Shown in pieces: positions 53,201 to 64,000 of a DNA stretch of 64,000 bases. The translations under genes and the position numbers were made by a program. The DNA lies in NCBI RefSeq assembly GCF_036588685.1, contig NC_086384.1, positions 41,602,001 to 41,666,000 of the forward strand. Reading direction: 5' to 3'. Under the pieces are notes generated by a model. That model was given only the letters and a program-made list of their open reading frames with translations. It was not told where the DNA came from and ran no database searches. Source of the stretch: Mytilus trossulus. Its lineage: Eukaryota. Position 1 is the first letter of the stretch. Each line of letters opens with the position of its first letter.

Positions 53201-55165
53201 GTGTCCACATTTTTCTAAAACTCGTTTAGTTGTCTCATGTTTCTTTGACTGGCAAATACTACAGAAGAATGCTTCTGTTGGTGGTGGTGATGGTGATGGT
53301 GGGACCTCTGATTTTTTAGATTTAGGTTTAGGTTTTCTTGGTCGTCTAATTTTACGTTTTGATGGATAATTTGTAAAATCCAACATCACTTCATCAACAC
53401 TAGACTGTGAAAGTGTTCTTTGTACTGGTCTGCCCTCCATAGAATATTCGTCTGCAACTTCATCAAATAGTACAGATTTTGGACGTTTTGTACGCTTAAT
53501 GTTTTCAAAATCATCATGTGAACCAGCATAGTATTTCCATATACTTTCCTTCTCGGGAAACTTGTCCACATTTTTTCTAAATGGAATTATTTCCTCGCAA
53601 CTACTTTCAGATGACATTCTATGAAGATGTTCTCTCTGTATGTTGTTCGGATACTCATCCCATCTAGTCTTATCATCATTGTCATCATCATCGTATCCAT
53701 TTAGGTCTTCCTCTGAAGGTTCTGTCATGTCGATTCCTGTTAGAGTTTGAGGTGTTGCATCACCACTATCTTCAGACTCGTCATTCGTCGTATCATCGAG
53801 TTTTTTCTGAGCAAATTCCTTAAAGTTCTGCAATGTATTCTCGAGAACTTCTTTCACAGGAAGGTTAGAAGCAAGAAAATGTATATGTGTTGTAGTGTCT
53901 GAACTTAATCCCATCAACCAAAGAAAAACGTTGTTCATTATCTTTACGTGGGTTTCGATGTCCATACCTGCAAAATACATACTTTTCAATCACAAAAACG
54001 ATCCTATCAATAGTTTTGTCTGTTGAAAATATTATTATATACAGGATTTGAAAGACACAGAATTTAATTTCAATAACTATGGTGACGGAAACTGAGAAAT
54101 ATGCTTCACCAATAACCTTAAATTGATCGGAATGGTGGATTACATTAGGCCTTATAAAAAAAATGTGTGTAGAAAACAATTTAAAATTGTTAATAAAAAG
54201 AGTAAAATGTTTAAAAAGTAAAATCACAAAAATACTAAACTTAGAGGAAAATCAATTCGGAAAGTCCATAATCACATGGCAAAATCAAATAACAAAACGC
54301 ATCAAAAACGAATAGACAAGAACTGTCATTCCTGACTTGGTACAGGAATAATGTTTTCTTTGTTCTAGCTTCGTGTAAATCAAACGGAATTTGGTTCATA
54401 AAGAGAAGGGGAGTTTGCCTAGAACATACTTACAAATGGAAATAACTCATCAAATTACATCATATATGTCTTCCAAACTTTCTGTAGATGGTATTTTGTA
54501 GTTTCGGTATATATACTTAACTAAGTTATGTACAAGCACGTTTGACTTTGATAAAAGTATCTCATCTCAAGTGTTATATTGGAAATGATGAAGATTCAAG
54601 TCTAGATAAGTCCAATAAGTAACATGCAAATGAGGGAAAGGGGAGATGCTTTACAAAGTTATATTTATGTTTCATTATATATTCGTCTTCTATATACTGG
54701 TATGCGTTTAAACTTTTATTCGTATATGTTACTATTTTACTATTTATAAAACGTACCATCGCCCATTGGAATGGCTATGTTGCAAACTTTATCGTCCAAT
54801 TCTTTTGCCCTCTCCAGCATATTTTGTACAATGAAATTAAACTGCACATCGGTCGTATCTTTTGCATCTCCTTCCCGCCAAACTGCAAACAGTAGATGGC
54901 GACACTGGATACCACCGGAAGGAACGCGAAATACATCGCCAACCTGACAGTTATTAGCTTTCGTGTCTTTTAGTTTGTCCCATTCCGAAACGAACTTGTT
55001 TTTACCAATAGCTGCCAAAACTTTTATTATTTCATCATCTTGGCTCCAACTGGTATCCACAAATACTACCAACGCATCAGTTGAGCTTTCGACTATTTCT
55101 TGGTTGATTTGTTCTACAAATATTTCCTTAGGAACCTTGTCTTCTGTCGATGTTGTATTTCCCAT
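50215..55165 (-). CDS. Deltex-family (DTX3/DTX3L-like) E3 ligase with N-terminal divergent macrodomain, ~556 aa, 4 coding exons (55165-54757, 53967-53003, 51245-51028, 50293-50215)
   Basis: C3HC4 [24 protein letters not shown] domain [83 protein letters not shown]. Phases consistent (1671 nt); in-frame stop upstream of the ATG. Confidence 0.92.
50340..50422 (+). repeat. Abundant dispersed SINE-like repeat fragment
   Basis: GTATGATTGCCAATGAGACAACTCTCCAC..ACAGAAGTTAACAACTATAG; related copies at ~515-720, 15095-15180 (-), 26995-27075, 27640-27720 and 63625-63800. Confidence 0.65.
51730..52228. repeat. Intronic minisatellite, ~10.5 copies of a 46/50-bp unit
   Basis: GAGTTCACCCTTGTTTTGCTTGTGTAGACCCATATAGCCGGAGCACCT, with or without GCAT. 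Confidence 0.95.
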
Positions 55166-55439
55166 AGTTAAATTTTAAAAGTTCTATAAAAGAAGTACGA
55201 TTAAATTATTTTTTTGTTTTCTTATTGAAATATATGTTTAACATTTGTGTTTTAAGCAAAAACGAAAAATTCAAAAAAAATTCCCTAATCGAATTGCAAA
55301 ATCAAATGATTAAAACACATCAAGCGAATGGACAACAACTGTCAAATTCTTGACTTGGTACAGGCATTTTCAAATGTATCCGGGTGTAAAAACTAAACAT
55401 GTGTTAATGTTTTTTTTTAAATGTTGCATCTTGCTTTAA

Positions 55440-56137
55440 TGGGGCACTAGCAGTCAAATTCATGTTCACCGATCATAATCAAATTCTCATATTTGATTTA
55501 TAACAATGTAAAACATGTACCCAAACTAGCAAAAGTCTAAATAAAACAATAAACAAGGCACAGGTATGAAAATAAGTAGCTTCATTTCGTGTGTATTTGA
55601 GTGTAAACGCCATCTAATTGTTTATCGAGTTGACCTCTATAGTCAGCCGATAACCATATAAGCGATGTAAACATAAATATAGATATAAATAGATTAAGCA
55701 AACACGTGCTGTTGAATTATTCTAGTTCTATTTAATTTCATATTACAGATAAAAAACAAATATTTATCATCGTTTTTACCTGGAATAGAATGTTTATTTG
55801 TGGATAGAATCAGTCAATCAAATGATTAACCTTGGTTTCACGTTCAATGTTAATGACATTCTCTTTCTATAAATAACTTTACACATTCAATTCACGTGTT
55901 ATCCATCTCAAGCTAAGGGGTTAAACTAAAGTTCACATGAATACAGATACAATGAGGTCGAAGTATTCACTTGCAAGTGAATAACTCATAATCAATGTTT
56001 TTTTGCTTATTTTGACAAAATTGAACATTATTGGCTACTAAAAAGGAATAACTATTTCACTTTTTGTATTTCATTACTGATTGAGACAAAAAAAAAAATA
56101 TGTTAGATTTTTGATATACCTCGTAGCTAGTGCCCAT
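55440..56137. mobile_element. Kolobok-type non-autonomous element or KolobokP-like solo repeat
   Basis: TTAA|TGGGGCACTAGC ... GCTAGTGCCCAT|TTAA; ~700 bp with short TIRs. Confidence 0.6.
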
Positions 56138-57237
56138 TTAAACATGTTAAAGATAATAGAGTAAAATGTAATTTTGTGTTACTTTGCACACCTTTTTAGT
56201 CCTACTTATATTTCTAGGTCTAGTCTCAAAACATATATAAATCAAATTACTTAGTTGAATTTGCTATTGCAATGTTGAATATTTAAGTCTTATATGTTAG
56301 AATTTGAAGGTATAGTCCCATTTTCAAAGAAATATCTGATCAAATAAATTTCTTTTGATTAATACATATGACATTATTGGACTAGTTCATTTTAAAAGGA
56401 GTTTATTTCTATATATATTTATCTGAAAATGAAGAGAAGAATAAAATACGAGTTGATGATAATTTTTTATTAATTCTTTTTTTAGTGAAATTAATTATTG
56501 TACTGTAGTACATGCATATATGTTGTGCTTAATCTTGAGGTATCACCTATAACATTTCACATTTACATACGATTGTGTTTGTATCATGTGTACGCTTATT
56601 ACACATATGAACACTTAATAAGTTTCTTCTGTACTATTTTAAACATTAACATGATTAAGGAAGTTTAAATCTGTAAATCAAGCTACATGCCAGTGTAATA
56701 TTGAGTTACACTTGAAAAATATACTACATGTTTATCATTTTAAAGGTGTATTTATTGCTAAAAATAACTCATGCAATCCAGAATATCATCAGAATAAATT
56801 AAATTGCAATCGAGTTTCAACAATTTTAGGAATCTTTTGATAACACCGAAAATAATAAAAACAAATTAAACAAATTCCAGAAAAGACGTATTTTGGTATT
56901 AAATACTTGCTAACATGTAGATCTAGACATATGCTATAAACCTGTAATGATCATTTATGTATTCGTGTTTGTATACTTTTAATAGTGTAATGATCTGTAA
57001 TTTAAGTAGTTTAAAAAGGGGTGACTGTTCAGAAATAAGTTAACAGTACAAAACGAACAAATAACCAAACTACAGCATGCAAGGAATATTATAATATTAT
57101 TGAATATTATAAAAAGTTTACTTACTCCACTCTCGTTGCAATAAAGCATGAATAAGAAAAAGAAGGAAATGTGAGAACAAAAATTTCCGCTTTCGATAGC
57201 TAAATGCAGCAAACACACATCTTTAATTGTTATGGCC

Positions 57238-57475
57238 AACCGGAAGAAGGAAATCTTTTATTACACGAAAAGGAGTGATGATCTTTATTTCCAGAGGAGT
57301 CTGCAAATTAATTTACCTAATATATATATGTCTGTTTCTTTCACTTTTGGCATGAATAAAATTCCAAAGTTTGAGTCTACTTTCGATTTGTGTGTGTCTA
57401 TCTAAAATATGTTCGGTCTCGGTATTAAAACGTTATCCGGGTTTAATATTATTTACTTTCGAAACGGAAATTCCT
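57238..57475 (-). promoter_or_regulatory. Putative promoter of the macro-Deltex gene with IRF-E/ETS/kappaB-like sites
   Basis: Minus-strand AAAAGTGAAAGAAAC (57334-57348), AAATCGAAAGTA (57378-57389) and TCGAAAGTA; GGAAATTCC (57466-57474); CCGGAAG (57240). Candidate 5'UTR donor GA|GTAAGT at ~57125 and acceptor at 55184. Confidence 0.4.
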
Positions 57476-58429
57476 TTAATATAATCAATTTTAAAATATG
57501 TACCAGTTATGTTCAGGTATTATAACAGGTGATGAATATATTATGTTCTGACTAGACAGCTATGTGTCCAGATTACACAGGTTAAACATCATAAATTGCG
57601 TGTCGCCTCTAAACTAATATTTTTTGAACTTTTATTTTAAAAGATCTTAAAAGCCTTATAAAATAACCATCGGAGACATACAACAGTTTGTCTGTTATCA
57701 ACAAAATCTTACAAACACGCAGTAAATCATTTCTGCAAAATATTGATTACAACAGTCATTTTTAAAATTTGTACCTGTATGGATTTCAGTAATGCAAATG
57801 GTCCCAATGATAGTGAGTCAAATACCCTACCATGCTATTGTGGCCCTATTTTGGTGAAAACATGTTTTTGGGGCAAATCAGTCAATGGCGTGGGATATCC
57901 TGGCTTGATAAGAAGTGGGGGAAAACACTGCTATAATTATTATCCTGTCGTCACATAAAAGAAAGTATAGATAGTGAACAACGTAAAATGAATAAACGGA
58001 GCTCACCACAGGTGTATAATAAATATAGTGAAATAAACTAATACTCATGATCAAGTTTAAAACAAAATTGCTAAATTACAAAGGAATGCACCACAAAGAG
58101 AATACAGAAGGGCAATCACTGAACAAAAGATGAACCGAGGATCCGATAAAACACAAAACGACAATCAACACTGAAAACTAAAAATAAATAAGAAACATAT
58201 GGATTCCGAAAAACAGTGACTACGTTCAAGGGAGAACAGACTTTACTTCTTGCTGAGCTATTTATTTTCAATACATTGTAAGTAGGGTTATTTATTTATT
58301 TCCAAATTACCACAGAACAAACCATTATTTTTTTGTGATTATCAAGGCTGAGTTATTTATATTCAAAATCCTCCTGGCACCCCCACCCCCTTTCCCCTCG
58401 AATATCAAATATTCGTCCCATTAGATTGA

Positions 58430-59285
58430 CAAAAATGCTGTCAACATTGAATGAGGCTCTTCGAAAATACTGTTAAACGGTTTACTCGCGTAGGGCTATA
58501 ATATACCAATGAAGATTCTTTAAAAAAATAGATAATTCAAAAAAATCTCTGACACTAGTTCTATAAAAACTTTTGATTTTCAACCCTGAATACCACCAAA
58601 GTTGTCTTAAAAAGATTATCCAAAATGCTTTTCAACATAAAAATGGTATCATACGCTATACATTTATTTATTTGGGATACCATATGACATATTTTGTTTA
58701 TAGTGAACCAAAAGATAAAATATGCTACGTAGAGGAACAAGTGATCACTATGCTTGGGTTTCTTATTGACAACATATATTTGTTGAATTTGGAGGTAGAC
58801 TTTTTGAGAGAAAAAAATGTTGGCATTTTAAGACGCACTATACCTCGAATTTGACATAAGCGAGCTGTACCAGTCGGAATCAATGACAAATAGACGATTT
58901 ATAAATTTTGCAACTATTAATTTTCCCCAGCCTAGAAGCAATCAATCTAACATATGTAGTATAACGTAATCAGATATCAATATTCTAGTTAGATAGACTG
59001 AAGCAATATACCAACTTCACATGCATATGAGACAAATATTCATTACCGAGCTCATTCGGTATTCATGAGTTTGATGCTGACAAGGATTTGAATAGTAAAC
59101 TATATATACAAATCATTGATGCTGCAACTAAGACTTTGTATATAACGTTACCATAGTCTTAGCAGAGAGTTGATGAACCAGGCTTATGTCAAAGAACGTC
59201 TCGTTCTCTTTCTCAATAAGTTCATCGTAAGATATCAAGTCTGTATTGATAAATAACTCGTATCAACTTCACAAACAATACACGA
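58430..59285 (+). mobile_element. Highly degenerate second Penelope-like RT fragment
   Basis: KTFDFSTL, NAFQHKNG..RY, MLGFLIDNIY, and a later ELIRYS remnant. Confidence 0.55.
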
Positions 59286-61314
59286 AGATTCTAGGTACTG
59301 ACGTTGTTTATCAACTTGATATCGTGTTACAGTGTTCTTTTATATGGCTTTGTAAACTATCACTTTTACTGTTTAGTATATATATCTGGTAACATTCATT
59401 TGGCGTGGCTCGGTACTCATGCATCCCGTCATTGGGTTATTGTGGTATGGTATTTTTTTTTATTCAAGCTTTCATTTTGCTTATGTTCTTGGTATGCCTT
59501 TTTGTGTTTCTTTGTTAAATTTGACGTGCCGGCTTTGCCGGTACCGTTTTATACGTCCCGTCATTGTGTTATTGTGCTATGGTAAAACTTTGTAGCCTTG
59601 TCTCTGTCTTTCATTCACTTTTGCTAATATGTGCTTTGTCTATATGCCTATTTTTGTTTCTTTGTTACATATGAGTTGGCTCTGTACTTAAATAAAGGCA
59701 ACAGTAGTATACCGCTGTTCAAAACTCATAAATCCATGGACAAAAAACAAAATCGGGGTAACAAACTAAAACTGAGGGAAACGCATTAAACATAAGAGGA
59801 GAGCAACGACACAACATTAAAATGTAACACACACAGAAACGGACTAAGCATTAGACAAGATCCTATAAAAACAACAAATAGTACATCAAAACCAAATTGA
59901 AATACCTGATAGATAGGTCCCGTGACACGTCTTATAGTAATGTGAATTTACACTAAAAAAATGAGAAAAAAACAAACAACACAACGGAAACACAACGTTA
60001 ATATGTAACACACACAGAAACGAACTATAATATGATAACAATGGTCATATTCCTGACTTGGTACAGGACATTTTTAAAGGAAAAATGGTGGGTTGAACTT
60101 GGTTTTGTGCCATGCTAAACCTCCCTCTTTTATGACCATATGAAATATAACATTAAAATGACAACACAATATGCTTAGTTATACCTGGGAACAGTATGTA
60201 TAGGTTAGAATATATGCTCCTGGCCTTATACATCTTGTTATTTCGTTATGGGGAAAAGATGTGTATCATTGTCGTTCAATTTTGCTAATGTGCTATGAGT
60301 GTTTTGTCTTTTGTGTTTCTTTGTTACATATTTCTTTGTTAAAAGTAGTGTCAGAGTTCTATATTTCTGTGATTTTTGTGATTTTACTTTTATTTATTTA
60401 TCTAAAGGCTTTTTTAATTTCTTATTTATTCAAAAAAAAAAAAAAATTTATGTTTACCTTTTTTGTTTTTCTTTTATTATTTGCTTATTTTGTTCCATTT
60501 TATTTGTCACTTCCGGGTTTTGTGCTGTTCTGTCAAATCTTTGTCGGGTTTTGTATGACTACTTTTAGGTGTATCGTCACAGAAATAAACTTCCGGTTGA
60601 AAAAAAGACCGAAAACTCGCCACGTTTGTTTATTCCTGACATATGTTCATTATGCTGTGTCTATAGAGATCTGTTCCAGAAAAAAATATTTTGAAACATA
60701 TTATTGAACAAAACAAAATGATGATAAAATAAGGTACGCAGTAATGCCATAACTTTAAATACTGAGGTCTGTAGTGTACAAAGACGTATACACTGGTATA
60801 TTTTTTACAAAAACTGAAAAAGGTAGCTATAGGATGCACAACCATTCTGCGACAACAACTGTTAAACCTACTTGTCCTAATGATCATTTGATAAAATGCT
60901 CCTATATCTAAACATTTTTTCAAAAACAATAACTTTTATTAGTGCAGACCAGTGAACATTATGGCTAATTATCGGCTGGTCAATATTGTTTGTGTCACAT
61001 ACTGCTAGAAAACTGGTACAATTGTTCTTTGATGATAGTAGCTTATAGTATAGCAATGCAATTTCCAAAGACAGAAAGCTCTATTGACTATAGTTTCCAC
61101 ATATTTATAAAAATGCTTTACTTATTCCATGTTGTGCATCAATGTCCTAAATGCTGCCCTTCGACATCTGAGGGTATACAGCTTATCACTATTTGGGAAT
61201 CTGTTCCACTTGAACTTTTAATGTCATACAGCAAACACTTTTCCATTGTGGCATAAGATAGTTTTTATTATAACATCAAAACTCTTACGGGAACTTTTGT
61301 CGTGTCCAGTAATG

Positions 61315-62392
61315 GGAGCGTCTTTTTACCACAGAACACCACAGAATACCACAGAACACTAAAAATATACCACAGAACTCATTAAATAGTAACAATTCAG
61401 ACATTGCAGTAGTTGTTATGGCTAATTATGTCTATAATATGACTTTATTAGTCAAACAAATTAAAAATTTCAATCTAGTGTCGACTCATTGTCCTTACGA
61501 CCCCAATCGACTTGGCCTTTAATTGGGACCAGACTAAAAAATTAATGTAAGACCAATTATCAAGAAAACCACATAGAATTGTACCTATATATTTTTTTAA
61601 ATACCTATAAATTAAAGTTTACATGTCATGCATGTATTTGTATTTAATTGTTGAAAATTGAAGGTCGAAGACTGATTTACGTTTGTGTGTGTGTGTGTGT
61701 CTTCCTTAAATTTAAAGTGAAAAAATTCTAGTTTAGATAAGTCTTGTCTGTGGTCAAATTTCAATAATAATAATAAAGAGATATAAAATTAAGTTGAAAA
61801 TTTTAATTTGATAACATCAATAACAAAACAATTCAATAAATACATTAATGTCTTTTTTCGGCTCTTTCTGTTCTTGGTCTCTTTCTCTGCATAGGTTTCT
61901 TGTCTATTGTCTTAGCCTTGTTCACAACAGAGTAGAGTCCATCGGATGAAGTTATGATATTTTCGTGTTTTCTTTTTTTACTGTCTGTCCTGCAGGAAAT
62001 TATTAAAGAGTTTTCGTTTTTCCTCGTCTGATTTTGTTTTCCAGATGGCATCTGCTATAGTGTACTGTTTGTATGAGTTGACCAGCATGTAGTCCCCAGA
62101 ATGATGAAGGGCTGACCGTAGATTAATGAACTGGAAGTCAACCATGTCAAATAGTTTATCAACCAAATCTGGTGCATGTTGGGGCTTCCAGTTGACTGCC
62201 ACTTTCATCACCCGGTTCATGGATTCTGCATTGTTGTTCGTCCACATTTGCTTAGTGCCTAAACGTCTATTGGGTGCATTAGTGGTATATTTTGAGTGTT
62301 CTGTGGTATATTATATGTGTTCTGTGGTATATTTTTAGTGTTCTGTGGTATTCTGTGGTATTCTGTGGTGTTCTGTGGTAAAAAGACGCTCC
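61315..62392 (-). mobile_element. Internally deleted MULE/Mutator-like DNA transposon
   Basis: TIRs GGAGCGTCTTTTTACCACAGAACACCACAGAATACC...; 11-bp TSD GTCCAGTAATG (61304-61314 and 62393-62403); retains the transposase C-terminus WTNNNAESMN (62247-61845, frameshifted). Confidence 0.88.
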
Positions 62393-64000
62393 GTCCAGTA
62401 ATGGCAGACAAATACACCTTATCAACTGAATCCCGGTCTGTTCACCCTGTTCTTTATATTTTCTAATTGTTGTCCAGTTGCATATTGTTAATTATCTGCA
62501 ATCCTACAGACAACAAATGATAGCATACACAAACCTGCATGTTCATACATTGAATTGGATATTGCTGTTGATGTAGAACTGGGTGGATCATTACAAGAAG
62601 AACTAATTGACATACATTGTAAGCAGCATGCAAGAAGATGTTTCTAATTCAAACAGTAGTTCAAATCAGCTAGAACATACAACACCTTCAAAACAAACGT
62701 GAAAAAGAGGCAGACATAAACCCCTTTAAACTAAAGCAACTTACATGACCCCTCCAAAGAAGAAATTGTCTATGAATGGGAAAAAAACAAACATCAATGA
62801 CGTAGACTATCTGGAATAGAATATATACTTCACAAAGAGGCAAAGCTGGTCCAAGAATACAAAATGTACCATATACATGTACCATATAAATATCTGAATA
62901 AGTTAATCCAACTTCAAAGCCCTTATTAATCAGTTAATATCTTTTTAGTATAGGGCGAACAGACTCTATGGGCAAACAAACTAAGGGCAAACAGACTTTG
63001 CAATTTGGAAATATGTCCCTCTTGAACTTTTAACGTCATACAACAATTTCTTTTGTGGCGTCAGATATTTTCTACTATGATTTCAAATCTTACAGAAAAG
63101 TTTGTGATGTCCAGTAATGGCAGACAAATAGCAATAAGGTGTATTGTTTTGGTAGCGAATTCCATATTTCACCCATCCCGCTAAATGATCATAATCATAT
63201 GTTACAGTTTAATTTTTGGGGTGCTAATGAAACTCTTTCCTCAGACACTAGCTATATACATGTATATTGAAAGCAAGTTGTTTCAAAGTTGTTTCTTTAT
63301 AACTTGATCAACAATTACATGTATATATGAAAACTATTCACCAGAGACTAAATGATGATGATGTAACTACCTTAAAATTTGATATTAGACAGTTGCTTGA
63401 TTAGCATTCCAAAATACAATGTAAGTAATCAGTAAACTGGGCATGCTGGGTGAAATGGGATGTCTTGTGAAAAAACATGAAAAAGGTATTTCAGTTTCCT
63501 AAAGTTATTTTATATTCGTAAAAATTAGAAATGGATCATTACTTTAAATTACCTTGAAGGCCTAACATCTATATATAGGTAAACATGGTAAATGATACAA
63601 TGTAGGCTGATCTAAAATATTAAAGCAGATGTGGCATGATAAATGTACCAATGAGACATCTATTCACAAAAGTTCAAATGACATGGATATAAGCAATTAT
63701 AGGCAATCATATAGCTACCAATTCTCAACAATGAAAAAAACCTATACCATATGTTTGGCTTTAAATATGTTAAAAGGCCCGGACATGAAAATTAAAAGAC
63801 AACTTTCAAGTTCATTCCATTTCTGTTAAACTTTTGGTTCAAGTTAACATCAACCATGCATTTAAGGACGTCATCACTTCCTTCCCATGTTTAGTTACTG
63901 GTTTAAAAATTGTAATGCTTTATTCATCTCTTTTTCAGGTTCTTCAAATTGTGAAACAAAACGGAGTCGAAAGATAATTTTGTATTGACAATTGAAAATC

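Noticed and set aside
60261-60707. 148-aa hydrophobic ORF resembling a membrane protein
   Set aside because: Low-complexity T-rich sequence, GTG start, and no splice or domain support.
62400-62900. Protein-like fragments downstream of the MULE
   Set aside because: Interrupted by stops and no family recognised; cannot be supported without a translated search.

Overview
AT-rich, intron-containing animal DNA; the repeat families and retrozyme arrays suggest a bivalve mollusc, Mytilus-like (inference). Host genes: a 6-exon GT7/beta-1,4-galactosyltransferase-like gene (+) with degenerate catalytic motifs, a 4-exon macrodomain-like/RING/Deltex-C E3 ligase gene (-) with an N-myristoylation motif, and an uncharacterised 233-aa ORF. 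Mobile DNA dominates: a decayed DIRS-type tyrosine-recombinase retrotransposon, a complete 13.2-kb Sola3-like DNA transposon (26-bp TIRs, TTAA TSD, intact 7-exon ~1115-aa transposase), a disrupted Sola1-like transposase, an internally deleted MULE with an 11-bp TSD, Penelope-like RT remnants, Helentron/HINE-like elements and several MITEs. The most striking non-coding content is two different ~350-bp tandem arrays that each carry one type I hammerhead ribozyme per unit (retrozymes). One array is nested inside a Penelope-like RT, and both share a second covarying, pseudoknot-capable RNA domain. A further covarying four-way-junction RNA motif recurs in several otherwise different retroposon 3' ends. 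There is an assembly gap at 31478-31799.
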